A stretch of DNA of 36,848 nt, from contig JAIRMI010000018.1 in the NCBI GenBank assembly GCA_031258795.1, positions 1-36,848 on the forward strand, written 5' to 3'. Position numbers and translations under genes: made by a program. Below the pieces are notes generated by a model. That model made no database searches and was not told where the DNA came from. It saw nothing but the letters and a program-made list of their open reading frames with translations. Shown in pieces: positions 21,448-30,307 of the stretch. The first letter of the stretch is position 1; each line of letters opens with the position of its first letter. The stretch comes from Puniceicoccales bacterium (lineage in GTDB: Bacteria; Verrucomicrobiota; Verrucomicrobiia; Opitutales; JAIRKQ01).

Positions 21448-21813
21448 ATGTTGCAGCAGGAAAGCATATTGCAAGTGGCAGATAATACGGGCGCACGTCA
21501 GGTGAAAATGATTCGCCGTTTGGGGCAAATAAAGCGCACAGCTTCGGTGGGAGATGTTATAGTGTGCAGCGTCCAGAAGAGCATCCCGGAAGCAGCAATA
21601 AAAAAAGGATCCGTTGTTCGCGCAGTCATAGTGCGCAGTAAATATCCTATCCGCCGCTCCGATGGCAGTTATTTGAAGTTCGATTCCAACGCCTGCGTCA
21701 TAATAGATGATAAAAAAAATCCGCGGGGAACGCGCATATTTGGCCCCGTTGCTAGAGAGTTGCGGCAAAAAAGCTTTACCAAAATACTATCCTTGGCGCC
21801 AGAGGTCATATGA
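21448..21813 (+). CDS. rplN: 50S ribosomal protein L14
   Basis: ATG 21448 gives [17 protein letters not shown].., the canonical L14 N-terminus, with GGAG 7 nt upstream. The track start at 21442 is a GTG two codons upstream. Confidence 0.97.
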   Translation: MLQQESILQVADNTGARQVKMIRRLGQIKRTASVGDVIVCSVQKSIPEAAIKKGSVVRAVIVRSKYPIRRSDGSYLKFDSNACVIIDDKKNPRGTRIFGPVARELRQKSFTKILSLAPEVI

Positions 21814-22067
21814 AATATAACCTGAAAAGAAACGACGAAGTAGTTGTAATTTGCGGTGATGACAGGGGAAAGTGCGGCAAAGTATTACAGGTAATACGTG
21901 AAAAATCTCGCGTTGTCGTTGAAGGAGTTTCCGTTGCGACGAAGCATGTCAAAAAGTCGCAGCAATATCCAGAGGGAGCCTTGCTCAAAAGTGAACGGCC
22001 AATACATATCTCAAACGTTATGTTAAAGGCTAGGTATGATGCTAAACATAAACAGGAGACGACTTAG
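21810..22067 (+). CDS. rplX: 50S ribosomal protein L24
   Basis: 85 aa with a KOW motif ([24 protein letters not shown]). ATGA overlap with the rplN stop. Confidence 0.95.
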   Translation: MKYNLKRNDEVVVICGDDRGKCGKVLQVIREKSRVVVEGVSVATKHVKKSQQYPEGALLKSERPIHISNVMLKARYDAKHKQETT

Positions 22068-22156
22068 CAGGGAAAAGTCTTGACTAGTTATCGCCAGTAT
22101 CTTTTTTGAGCGTGTCGGCCAAAGTAGGCTGAGTTCTGCTCGCGGTGAGAGGTTAT

Positions 22157-22702
22157 ATGAGTGAGCCATTTTTAAAAGCATTATATAAAAGTACAATTGT
22201 TGGAGAAATGACGAAGGAATTTGGTTATCCAAATACTCATTGCATTCCGAAGGTTGAAAAAATAATAATTAATTCTGCTATTGATGCCGGAGCGGATAAA
22301 ACCCATATTCAGGATGTGCAAAAGGATATTTCGTCGATAGCTGGCCAAAAAGCTGTGATAACAAAGGCAAAAAAAAGTATATCGAATTTTAAATTACGCC
22401 AGGGAATGCCCGTTGGGGTAAAAGTTACGCTGAGGGGTAACAAAATGTATGAATTTTTGCTGAAATTTATAGCAATTTCCCTGCCTCGCATAAGAGATTT
22501 CAGGGGCATATCAAACAGGTTTGATGGTCGAGGAAATTATACCATAGGGATTGCGGATCATACCATTTTTCCGGAAATTAATATAGATCGTGACAAAAAG
22601 GTTGTGGGAATGGACATATCGTTCGTAACAACTGCAGGTACTGATAAGGAAGGACATGCGTTGATGGCAAAGTTCGGTATGCCGTTTAGGAGAAAGCAGT
22701 GA
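22157..22702 (+). CDS. rplE: 50S ribosomal protein L5
   Basis: ..P...KI.IN........D.......D...I.GQKAVIT.AKKSI.NFKLR.GMPVG.KVTLRG..MYEFL.....I.LPR.RDFRG.S...FDGRGNYT.GI..H..FPEI. ATG 22157 follows GAGAGG. The track start at 22145 is a GTG 4 codons upstream. Confidence 0.97.
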   Translation: MSEPFLKALYKSTIVGEMTKEFGYPNTHCIPKVEKIIINSAIDAGADKTHIQDVQKDISSIAGQKAVITKAKKSISNFKLRQGMPVGVKVTLRGNKMYEFLLKFIAISLPRIRDFRGISNRFDGRGNYTIGIADHTIFPEINIDRDKKVVGMDISFVTTAGTDKEGHALMAKFGMPFRRKQ

Positions 22703-22709
22703 GGTTTGT

Positions 22710-23015
22710 ATGGCTAAAAAATCATCAGTAGTAAAAAATGAGAAGCGAAAGATGCTGGTGAGCAGGTATGCGACCCGCAGGATGGAAATAAAAAGAAAAT
22801 TGCTCGATCCGTCGTTGTCCGACAGTGAATATTGGACCGAAAGAAGGAATATGGCGAAGCTCCCAAAGGATTCTTCTCCCATACGGATAAGGAATCGCTG
22901 TGCGGTGACGGGACGTTCGCGCGGTTATCACAGATGGTTCGGTTTGTCTAGGATCAAATTGCGTGAAATGATATCGTTTGGTGAAATTCCGGGAGTGACA
23001 AAATCTTCGTGGTGA
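22710..23015 (+). CDS. rpsN: 30S ribosomal protein S14 (long, non-zinc form)
   Basis: 101 aa with MAKKS...K..KR..LV..Y...R.E.K.. and a C-terminal ..R.RNRC..TGR.RGY.R.FGLSRI.LRE....GEIPGV.KSSW. There is no CxxC pair. Confidence 0.96.
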   Translation: MAKKSSVVKNEKRKMLVSRYATRRMEIKRKLLDPSLSDSEYWTERRNMAKLPKDSSPIRIRNRCAVTGRSRGYHRWFGLSRIKLREMISFGEIPGVTKSSW

Positions 23016-23040
23016 TGTTTTAGGAAAAATTTTTGAATAT

Positions 23041-23430
23041 ATGGATATAGTGAGTGATTTTTTTACCGTAATAAGGAATGGCAGCTCAGCTGAGAAAAAG
23101 TCCTGCATTACGCGGTGGTCCAATCTATTGGAAGGGGTTGCCCGGGTGTTAAAAGACAATGGGATGATAAGAAATTTTGAAAAAGTTGACGACGGAAACA
23201 ATAGGTTTTCATTGAAGATTGATTTAAAATACGTCAACGGAGTTCCATCCATTACGGAGATTCATACGGTGAGCACGCCTGGCTGCAGGCAATATTGCGG
23301 AGTTAGTGAAATTCCTAGTGTGCTTGGCGGCATGGGTCTGGTCATTTTGTCCACATCCCGTGGGGTACTGTCGGGATTTGAGGCCAATAAGCATGGCATT
23401 GGCGGTGAATTATTGTGTTATGCCTGGTAA
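23041..23430 (+). CDS. rpsH: 30S ribosomal protein S8
   Basis: 129 aa with ..D....IRN...A............L.....VLK..G.I..FE.. and a C-terminal ..G.G..ILSTS.GV.S...A...GIGGE.LCY.W. Confidence 0.96.
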   Translation: MDIVSDFFTVIRNGSSAEKKSCITRWSNLLEGVARVLKDNGMIRNFEKVDDGNNRFSLKIDLKYVNGVPSITEIHTVSTPGCRQYCGVSEIPSVLGGMGLVILSTSRGVLSGFEANKHGIGGELLCYAW

Positions 23431-23441
23431 GCGGGGTTTGT

Positions 23442-23984
23442 ATGAGTAGAATAGGAAAGTTGCCGATAAAAATTCCCACAGGAGTAAAAATTTTGGTGAG
23501 TGGTGCGACCGTCTCCGTAGAGGGGCCACTTGGAAAGAACGAAAAAATTTTTGACGATTCGGTACTGATCAAGGTTGAAAATGGCGAGATGTGCGTTTCT
23601 CCTGCTAATGAGAGTAACTATCATTCTTTGGTGATGCACGGGACGGTCCGCTCCATAGTAGCTTCGATGGTCACTGGGGTTGTAAGTGGCTACAAAAAGG
23701 ATTTGGAAATTAATGGCGTTGGGTTCAAGGCAACCATGAAAGGTAAAGTTATAGATCTTGATCTTGGCTTTTCCCATGATATTTTGCATGAAATTCCAAC
23801 TGGGATTAAGGTCGACATCGATCAAACAGGAACAAAGTTATCTGTTTCAGGCGTGGACAAACAATTAGTTGGTCAGGTTGCCGCTGACATAAAATCATAC
23901 TATCCCATCGAGCCCTATAAGGGTAAGGGCGTACGCATAATTGGGGAATTTGTGCGCAGGAAGGAGGGTAAAAAGACGGCCTAG
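23442..23984 (+). CDS. rplF: 50S ribosomal protein L6
   Basis: ATG 23442 gives MSRIGKLPIKIP.GVK.., the canonical L6 N-terminus. The track start at 23415 (GTG) would overlap rpsH. The C-terminus reads ..EPYKGKGVR...E.VRRKEGKK. Confidence 0.97.
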   Translation: MSRIGKLPIKIPTGVKILVSGATVSVEGPLGKNEKIFDDSVLIKVENGEMCVSPANESNYHSLVMHGTVRSIVASMVTGVVSGYKKDLEINGVGFKATMKGKVIDLDLGFSHDILHEIPTGIKVDIDQTGTKLSVSGVDKQLVGQVAADIKSYYPIEPYKGKGVRIIGEFVRRKEGKKTA

Positions 23985-24014
23985 CGCTGAGTAAATTTAA
24001 CGGGGTTTAATCGA

Positions 24015-24377
24015 ATGCAATTGAAACAAAAAATAAATTTGCGGGCAAGGAGGAAAGCGAGGGTACGCAAGTATGTGCGTGGGTCGGCGGAAAAATTGCG
24101 ACTGTCTGTACATTTTTCTTCCAAGCACATTTACGCTCAGTGCATAGATGACAATGCGCAAAGGACACTTGTGTTTTTGTCCACATTGTCGAAGGAGTGT
24201 ACGGATCAGAAACTATCTTCCAATGCGAACGGAGCGGCGGTAATGGGGGCTCTTTTTGGAAAGAAGGCAGTTGCCGCAGGAATTAGGACTGTTGTGTTTG
24301 ACCGTGGAGGTCGCCGATATCACGGTTGTGTGAAGGCGTTTGCCAATGCTGTGCGTGATGCCGGATTAGAGTTTTGA
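24015..24377 (+). CDS. rplR: 50S ribosomal protein L18
   Basis: 120 aa with ..R.RRK.RVR..V.G.....RL.V..S.KHIYAQ.IDD....TL...ST.. and a C-terminal ..VFDRGG..YHG.VKAFA.A.R.AGLEF. Confidence 0.96.
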   Translation: MQLKQKINLRARRKARVRKYVRGSAEKLRLSVHFSSKHIYAQCIDDNAQRTLVFLSTLSKECTDQKLSSNANGAAVMGALFGKKAVAAGIRTVVFDRGGRRYHGCVKAFANAVRDAGLEF

Positions 24378-24388
24378 AATTTTTTGAC

Positions 24389-24955
24389 ATGAGCGATTTA
24401 AAGAAAACTGACAGGATTGATTCAAGTTCTAGGAGAAGGAAGGAGCGAGGGGGGGCGGCACCCAGTAACGTGGACAAGGAAACTGTTTTGCAGGAAAAAG
24501 TTGTGCACATTAACCGCTGTGCAAAAGTTGTTAGTGGGGGGCGGCGCTTCGGTTTTGCAGCCCTCGTTGTTGTTGGCAATCAGATGGGGAGAATCGGTGT
24601 GGGCTACGGCAAAGCAAAGGAGGTTCCCGACGCGATAAAGAAGGGAACGGAAAGGGCAAAAAAAAATATGACGTCCTTTAGTATGAAGGAAAATACGATT
24701 CCCCATATGGCAATCGGCATATCCGATGGTGGACGGGTTCTTCTACGTCCGGCAAGCCCCGGTACGGGCGTTATAGCTGGAGGCGGGGTTCGTGCTGTCC
24801 TGGAGGCGCTTGGAGTAAGGGATGTTTTGACGAAGTCGCTTGGATCGAAAAATCCATTTTCGGTGGTGCGTGCTACTATCAATGCGCTGCGAAAGATGAG
24901 GACATACGATCAGGTAAAGAGTGCTCGACTGGCAAATGGTGATGATTTAGTTTAA
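24389..24955 (+). CDS. rpsE: 30S ribosomal protein S5
   Basis: ..VV.INR.AKVV.GGRRF.F.ALVVVGN..G..G.GYGKA.EVP.AI.K... ATG is at 24389. The track start at 24374 is a TTG overlapping the rplR stop, so either is possible. The N-terminal basic extension is about 20 aa longer than in E. coli. Confidence 0.95.
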   Translation: MSDLKKTDRIDSSSRRRKERGGAAPSNVDKETVLQEKVVHINRCAKVVSGGRRFGFAALVVVGNQMGRIGVGYGKAKEVPDAIKKGTERAKKNMTSFSMKENTIPHMAIGISDGGRVLLRPASPGTGVIAGGGVRAVLEALGVRDVLTKSLGSKNPFSVVRATINALRKMRTYDQVKSARLANGDDLV

Positions 24956-24972
24956 GTATCAGGGAATTTAAG

Positions 24973-25428
24973 ATGAGACTCAGCGAGCTGCCAAAATTAA
25001 GTGCTTATTCGAAATCAACGAAACGTCGAGGGAAAGGAGTCGGCAGCGGACAGGGCAAAACAGCTGGCCGTGGCCATAAAGGCGGCAAAGCTCGATCGGG
25101 TTATTCCCCGGCACCTTGTTGCTGTGGCGTTCCGTTTTATCGCCATTTCCCAATGCGGGGATTTTCTAATTTTAAATTTAGAGCGGAGTACTCCATTGTT
25201 AATTTGGCTGATCTGGAAAATGAAGATGCCGATTCCATTAATAAAAGTTTCCTTTTTGCTAAAGGATACATAAGGTCGGCCGATGTGCTTGTAAAAATTC
25301 TTGGGGGCGGTAAATTTGACAAGCCAATTACCATAGTTGCCGATAAATTTTCCGCAAATGCTCGGGTGTCCATAGAAAAGTCAGGAGGCCAGGCCATAGA
25401 ACTCGCCAAAAAGGTTGATTTGAAGTAG
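24973..25428 (+). CDS. rplO: 50S ribosomal protein L15
   Basis: 151 aa with ..KRRGKG.GSG.GKT.GRGHKG.KARSG...........P.YR..P.RGF.N. In the spc-operon position, but directly after rpsE with no L30 gene between them. Confidence 0.94.
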   Translation: MRLSELPKLSAYSKSTKRRGKGVGSGQGKTAGRGHKGGKARSGYSPAPCCCGVPFYRHFPMRGFSNFKFRAEYSIVNLADLENEDADSINKSFLFAKGYIRSADVLVKILGGGKFDKPITIVADKFSANARVSIEKSGGQAIELAKKVDLK

Positions 25429-25434
25429 AAAATT

Positions 25435-26931
25435 ATGTTTTCCGCCTTTGTAAATTGCATAAAAATTGATGAGCTGCGGCGAAAGGTAATCATCACTCTT
25501 GTTTTGCTGTTTGTGGCACGCATAGGAGCCAATATTCCTTTGCCTGGTATAGACACTTCCCCACTCGGCGAATTCATGCTGAGTAAGGCAGCCAATGGCG
25601 GTGGTTTGCTGGGAATGTTTAACATGTTTACCGGTGGCGCATTGATGAAAGGGGCAATTTTTGGGCTCGGAGTCATGCCCTACATCAGTGCATCGATCAT
25701 TTTGCAATTACTAGCGGCAATAAATCCGTCACTGGCTCGCATATCACAGGAAGGTGAGTCTGGACGGCAAAGAATTGCCCAATACACAAGATATACAACA
25801 ATTCTAATTTGCATAATACAGGGATTTTTGCTCGTAACGGCCCTTGCAAATTACCCAGAAAAATTGTTTTATGGCTTTGATTCGTCGCGCTTTGGCGACA
25901 TCGTAATAGTTAACAAAACCTCATTTTTCGTAACCTCCACGATATTTTTGACAGCGGGAACGATGGCATTGATGTGGCTTGGCGACCAAATTACCCAATA
26001 CGGAGTCGGCAATGGGGTGTCGCTGCTGATCACAGCTGGTATATTGTCGAGTATGCCAACGGCACTTTCTCAGGCAATAACGCTGCTCAGAGCCCCGGCT
26101 GGAATGGAAGGAGGCTCGCTTGGACTTTGGCATGGTTTGCTTATGCTCGTTCTTTTGTTGAGCGTCGTGGCACTAATGATCGCCGTTACACAGGCTGATC
26201 GTAGGATTCCCGTGCAGTACGTGAATCGTGTTGTCGGACGCAAAATGTATGGAGGCCAATCCTCCTATTTGCCGCTGAAAATTAACTATTCGGGAGTAAT
26301 GCCAGTTATTTTCGCCAGCGCAATTTTGCTTTTTCCACAGCAAATTTTCGCCTATATCGGCGCTTCCACGGGTATAAATTTTTTCCAAAAAGTATCCATT
26401 GCGCTGAATCATGGGTCTACTACTTACTACATAATTTATGGTGCCATGATACTGTGTTTTAGTTATTTTTGGGTGTCCATGATGTTTCGACCGGTCCAGA
26501 TCGCCGATGATTTAAAGAAAAATGGCGGTTACGTGCCGGGGGTTAGGCCGGGTAATGACACGGCAAAATTTCTCGATTTTGTTATGACACGGCTTACGCT
26601 GGCAGGTGCACTTTTCCTGACCTTGACTGCCTTGTTGCCAGATTTTGTATGCTTTGTTTGTGGCATACCCTACTCAATCGCACTCTTTTTCGGGGGGACG
26701 GGAACTCTGATTGCTGTGGGTGTGATGTTAGATACGATGAAGCAGGTGGAGGGCTATTTGCTTCAAAAAAATTATGATGGCTTCATGAAGAAGGGCAAAC
26801 TTCGCTCGCGCAGCGCTGTGAATAGCTTAAAAAAGGGAAGTTCGAAGTTCAGTGGTAAATTTAAAGCAGCGTTATGTTTGGTGTGTGCGATTGTTGTAGT
26901 GGTTGCACTGGTGCGGGTCTTTTTTGGATGA
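25435..26931 (+). CDS. secY: Preprotein translocase subunit SecY (with C-terminal extension)
   Basis: 498 aa, polytopic, with ..LGVMPYISASIILQLL.., ..GNG.SLLI.AGI.., and a usual end region ..VMLDTMKQVEGYLL.KNY.GF. This is followed by about 39 extra residues that include a hydrophobic helix. Confidence 0.96.
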   Translation: MFSAFVNCIKIDELRRKVIITLVLLFVARIGANIPLPGIDTSPLGEFMLSKAANGGGLLGMFNMFTGGALMKGAIFGLGVMPYISASIILQLLAAINPSLARISQEGESGRQRIAQYTRYTTILICIIQGFLLVTALANYPEKLFYGFDSSRFGDIVIVNKTSFFVTSTIFLTAGTMALMWLGDQITQYGVGNGVSLLITAGILSSMPTALSQAITLLRAPAGMEGGSLGLWHGLLMLVLLLSVVALMIAVTQADRRIPVQYVNRVVGRKMYGGQSSYLPLKINYSGVMPVIFASAILLFPQQIFAYIGASTGINFFQKVSIALNHGSTTYYIIYGAMILCFSYFWVSMMFRPVQIADDLKKNGGYVPGVRPGNDTAKFLDFVMTRLTLAGALFLTLTALLPDFVCFVCGIPYSIALFFGGTGTLIAVGVMLDTMKQVEGYLLQKNYDGFMKKGKLRSRSAVNSLKKGSSKFSGKFKAALCLVCAIVVVVALVRVFFG

Positions 26932-26935
26932 GGTT

Positions 26936-27703
26936 ATGATCCCAATAAAAACACCGGAAGAAATAATTAAGATGCATGCCGCCTGTCGCGTTGCCGCTGA
27001 GATACTGGATGAGATGTCAAACTTTGCCAAGGCAGGGGTGTCGACGCAGGAGCTGGATGATTTTGGTCGCGAATTGATGGAAGAGGCAGGGGCGACAAGT
27101 GCATGTTTCGGGTATCCTGGGAAGAAGTGTAAATTTCCGGCCTATGCCTGTATATCCATCAATGATGAGCTGGTTCACGGAATTCCCTCGAAGGAAGTAA
27201 TTTTAAAGGATGGCGACGTACTCAGCATCGATCTTTCTGTGTTTTATGACGGTTTCGCCGGAGACAACACGCGCATAGTGCGAATAGGAAATGTCAGTCC
27301 TGAAGCCGAGAAATTGTCAAGGGTGACCGAAGAAGCCTTACTGATTGGCATTTCAAAGGCAATTGATGGCAATCGCGTTGGTGATATCTCCCATGCCATT
27401 GAGATGCATGCCATTGAAAATAATTGCGGTGTTGTGAAGGAGTACGTTGGCCATGGCATAGGAAAAAAAATGCACGAAGATCCGCAAATCCCAAATTATG
27501 GCCGCGCCCACAGTGGGCCGACTTTAAAAGCTGGCATGACGCTGGCCATAGAGCCGATGTTTACCCAGGGAAACCCGGCTGTGTACGTGTGCGACGATGG
27601 GTGGACAGTGAAAACGCGCGATGGATTGCTGGCGTCTCACTGCGAACATACGATTTTAGTTACAAATAGTTTGCCAGAAATCTTGACTTTGGTGAAAAAA
27701 TGA
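26936..27703 (+). CDS. map: Methionine aminopeptidase, type I
   Basis: ATG 26936 gives MIPIKTPEEI.KM..A.R.., 4 nt after the secY stop. MetAP blocks are present (..C.S.N.E.VHGIP....L..GD..SID......DG..GD.., ..GHGIG...HE.P.., ..EPM...G....). The track start at 26903 would overlap secY. Confidence 0.96.
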   Translation: MIPIKTPEEIIKMHAACRVAAEILDEMSNFAKAGVSTQELDDFGRELMEEAGATSACFGYPGKKCKFPAYACISINDELVHGIPSKEVILKDGDVLSIDLSVFYDGFAGDNTRIVRIGNVSPEAEKLSRVTEEALLIGISKAIDGNRVGDISHAIEMHAIENNCGVVKEYVGHGIGKKMHEDPQIPNYGRAHSGPTLKAGMTLAIEPMFTQGNPAVYVCDDGWTVKTRDGLLASHCEHTILVTNSLPEILTLVKK

Positions 27704-27751
27704 TTTCTGAAGTGGTGACTTGTGAAAATTTATTTAAATAGTTAGATAGTT

Positions 27752-28135
27752 ATGCCCCGTATTTTAGGAGTTGATATTCCAGATAATAAGAAGATTGTGT
27801 ATGCCTTGAGGTATATACAGGGCATTGGTTTGACTCGCGCGCAAACCATAGTTGCAAAGGCGGGCTTGAATCCGGATATGCGTTCCAATGAACTAAACGA
27901 GGAGCACATAAATAAGATAACCTCCGTGATTAATAGCGAGGGGTGGAAGATCGAAGGTGATCTGCGCCGGGAGTTCATGGCCAATCTTAAGCGACTGCAG
28001 GCGATCAAGAGCTACCGTGGGGTGCGGCACTATCGCGGGCTGCCCGTTCGTGGGCAGCGCACTTCAACGAACGCCAGGACGCGTAAGGGAGCTCGTAAGA
28101 CAGTTGGAGTGGCAAAGAAAAATGATTCTAAATAG
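27752..28135 (+). CDS. rpsM: 30S ribosomal protein S13
   Basis: MPRILGVDIP.NK.IV.AL.YI.GIG...A..I....G......+..L.. and a C-terminal ..YRG.RH..GLPVRGQRT.TNARTRKG. Confidence 0.98.
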   Translation: MPRILGVDIPDNKKIVYALRYIQGIGLTRAQTIVAKAGLNPDMRSNELNEEHINKITSVINSEGWKIEGDLRREFMANLKRLQAIKSYRGVRHYRGLPVRGQRTSTNARTRKGARKTVGVAKKNDSK

Positions 28136-28152
28136 AGGGTTTGAAGACGTAA

Positions 28153-28638
28153 ATGAGTGATACATTGGACAGCAAAGTTGACGTTCCGCCACCGGCTACC
28201 GAAGGGGCAGCGAAGGGCAAGTCGGGCATGGATAGCCTATTTGGGGATGGTGTTGGCGAAGTCAAAGTAAGAAAAGCAAAGAAAAGTAAAAATATATCGA
28301 AGGGAAAATGCACCATATTGGCCACATTTAACAATACCCACGTCAGCTTTACAGATATGGGCGGGAATGTTATTTCCTGGTCCAATGCTGGAAAATGTAA
28401 CTTTCGTGGATCGAGAAAGTCAACGGCCTACGCGGCACAAGTGGTAGTACAAGATGCTGGGCGCACGGCCATGTCCCATGGATTAAAGGAAGTGACGATT
28501 GTGGTGAAGGGACCGGGTATGGGGCGCGATTCGGCCATACGAACCGTTCAGTCCCTCGGCTTGTCCATAGATGAGATCGTTGATGTTACCGCGGTCCCCC
28601 ACAATGGGTGCCGTCCGCGCAAACCTCGCCGAGTCTGA
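28153..28638 (+). CDS. rpsK: 30S ribosomal protein S11
   Basis: ..G...I.ATFNNT.V.FTD..GN.ISW.NAG...F+GSRKST.YAAQ......G..A...GLKEV...VKGPG.GR+SAIR..Q..GL.I..I.DVT..PHNGCRP.K.RRV. As called, the N-terminus is about 30 aa longer than typical. An alternative in-frame ATG at 28228 (MDSLFGDG..) would give a near-normal length. Confidence 0.93.
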   Translation: MSDTLDSKVDVPPPATEGAAKGKSGMDSLFGDGVGEVKVRKAKKSKNISKGKCTILATFNNTHVSFTDMGGNVISWSNAGKCNFRGSRKSTAYAAQVVVQDAGRTAMSHGLKEVTIVVKGPGMGRDSAIRTVQSLGLSIDEIVDVTAVPHNGCRPRKPRRV

Positions 28639-28665
28639 TGAAATTCGCACAGTAGGAAATTTAAT

Positions 28666-29274
28666 ATGTCACGTTACACAGGACCAAGAGCAAGGATTAA
28701 TAGGCGTTTTGCCCAGTCAATTTTTACGCCGGGAAATGCGGAAGAGCGCAAGCCGTATATCCCAGGAATGCATGGCCCACGGTTGCATCGCAAGGCGTCA
28801 GAGTATGCCATGGGCTTGAACGAAAAGCAGAAAGCGCGCTACACCTATGGCATGTCTGAAAAGCAATTCAGATTGGCCTTCAATAAGGCGAAAAACACAA
28901 AGGGTGTTACGGGGGTACTTTTTCTGTGTTCCCTCGAGCTCAGATTAGACAGTGTCGTGTACAACTTGGGGCTCGCCAAAAGTCGCGCGGCAGCGAGGCA
29001 ATTTGTAACACACGGCCATATCTTGATTAATGGCAAAAAGGTCGATATACCCAGTTATTTATGCTCAGCTGGAGACGTAGTCGAGGTTGCAAATCGTGCT
29101 CATTCTCGCCAATTAGCAGTCAATAACATTGAGATGACGCGTTTTAGGAATGCACCAATGTGGCTGGAGTTTAATTCGACGCTCATGAAAGGGACAATCA
29201 ATCGTCTGCCGGAACGCGACGAGATTACCCAAGACATAAACGAACAATTGATCGTTGAGTTTTATAGCCGTTAG
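28666..29274 (+). CDS. rpsD: 30S ribosomal protein S4
   Basis: MSRYTGPR.++.RR.., with an S4 RNA-binding domain ..LE.RLD.VVY.LG.A.SR..ARQ.V.HGHI..NGKKV.IPSY....GD.V. Confidence 0.97.
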   Translation: MSRYTGPRARINRRFAQSIFTPGNAEERKPYIPGMHGPRLHRKASEYAMGLNEKQKARYTYGMSEKQFRLAFNKAKNTKGVTGVLFLCSLELRLDSVVYNLGLAKSRAAARQFVTHGHILINGKKVDIPSYLCSAGDVVEVANRAHSRQLAVNNIEMTRFRNAPMWLEFNSTLMKGTINRLPERDEITQDINEQLIVEFYSR

Positions 29275-29289
29275 TTTTAAGGAAATTTT

Positions 29290-30282
29290 ATGGTCAAGCG
29301 ATTAGGAAAGTTTGAACTGCCAAATAAGTTGGCAAAAGTCGAACAGACGGCGACGGACACCTATACAATGTTCGTTGCAGAGCCCTTTGAAGTAGGATTT
29401 GCACACAGCATAGGCAACGCTCTACGTCGCATACTTATGAGTTCCATAGAGGGAGCTGCCGTCGTTTCCCTTGAAATCGATGGCGTCAATCACGAATTTC
29501 AAAGCATAGCTGGAGTAGTCGAGGATGTCACCGGCATAATCCTCAATATTAAGCGGGTTTTGTTTAAGATGGAAGGCAGGGGAAACATGGTTCTGAACAT
29601 TGACGTTACCCGGGAAGGGAAAGTGTTGGCCAGCGATATAACCGGCGAAGAAGGCTTTTCCGTTTTAAATCCAGATCAGATAATTTGTACGCTGGACAGT
29701 AAGCAAAGGTTTTCAGCTAGATTGGAACTGCAGGTTGGCCGCGGATATTTACTCGGCAACCAGCACCCTTGCCGCGCCGAGATTGGTCTTCTGCCCGTTG
29801 ATGCAATGTTTAGCCCCGTTAAACTTGCCCGCTATTCGGTAGCGGACACGCGCGTTGGGCAGATGACGGACTATGACAAGCTGGTTTTGGAAGTTTGGAC
29901 CGATGGGCGCGTCACTCCGGCAAACGCACTGAAAGAAGCTTCAGCCATTCTTAAGTACCATATGGCGATATTTGATGGCGTGGCCGATGAGGAGATTAAG
30001 TTTGACGATGTGGCAAAGGAAGTGGACGAAGAGCAAAACCGTCTAAGGAAGCTGCTCAACATGAGCGTGAATGAGATTGAATTGTCCGTTCGTGCGGCAA
30101 ATTGCTTGAACAATGCCAACATAATGACTGTCGGCGAGCTGACTTCAAAGACCGAAGGCGACATGCTGCGTTACAGAAATTTTGGTAAAAAATCTCTCAA
30201 CGAGATCAAGGGAAAACTCGAGGAACTTGGCTTGTCTTTGGGCATGAAGCTCGATGCTAGCTTGCTAAATCGCCCTGTTTGA
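29290..30282 (+). CDS. rpoA: DNA-directed RNA polymerase subunit alpha
   Basis: 330 aa with ..EP.E.GF.H.IGNALRR.L.SS..G.A.., and a C-terminal domain ..I.EL.LSVR..NCL..ANI.TVGEL..K.E.+ML...NFGKKSL.EIK.KL.ELGL.LGM. Confidence 0.98.
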   Translation: MVKRLGKFELPNKLAKVEQTATDTYTMFVAEPFEVGFAHSIGNALRRILMSSIEGAAVVSLEIDGVNHEFQSIAGVVEDVTGIILNIKRVLFKMEGRGNMVLNIDVTREGKVLASDITGEEGFSVLNPDQIICTLDSKQRFSARLELQVGRGYLLGNQHPCRAEIGLLPVDAMFSPVKLARYSVADTRVGQMTDYDKLVLEVWTDGRVTPANALKEASAILKYHMAIFDGVADEEIKFDDVAKEVDEEQNRLRKLLNMSVNEIELSVRAANCLNNANIMTVGELTSKTEGDMLRYRNFGKKSLNEIKGKLEELGLSLGMKLDASLLNRPV

Positions 30283-30307
30283 TTTAAATAAAATTTGAGG
30301 AATGTAA

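Noticed and set aside
20986-21768. 260-aa minus-strand ORF spanning rpmC, rpsQ and rplN
   Set aside because: It lies entirely antisense to three strongly conserved ribosomal protein genes. Its sequence is low-complexity and hydrophobic-biased with no recognisable motif, which is typical of a shadow ORF.
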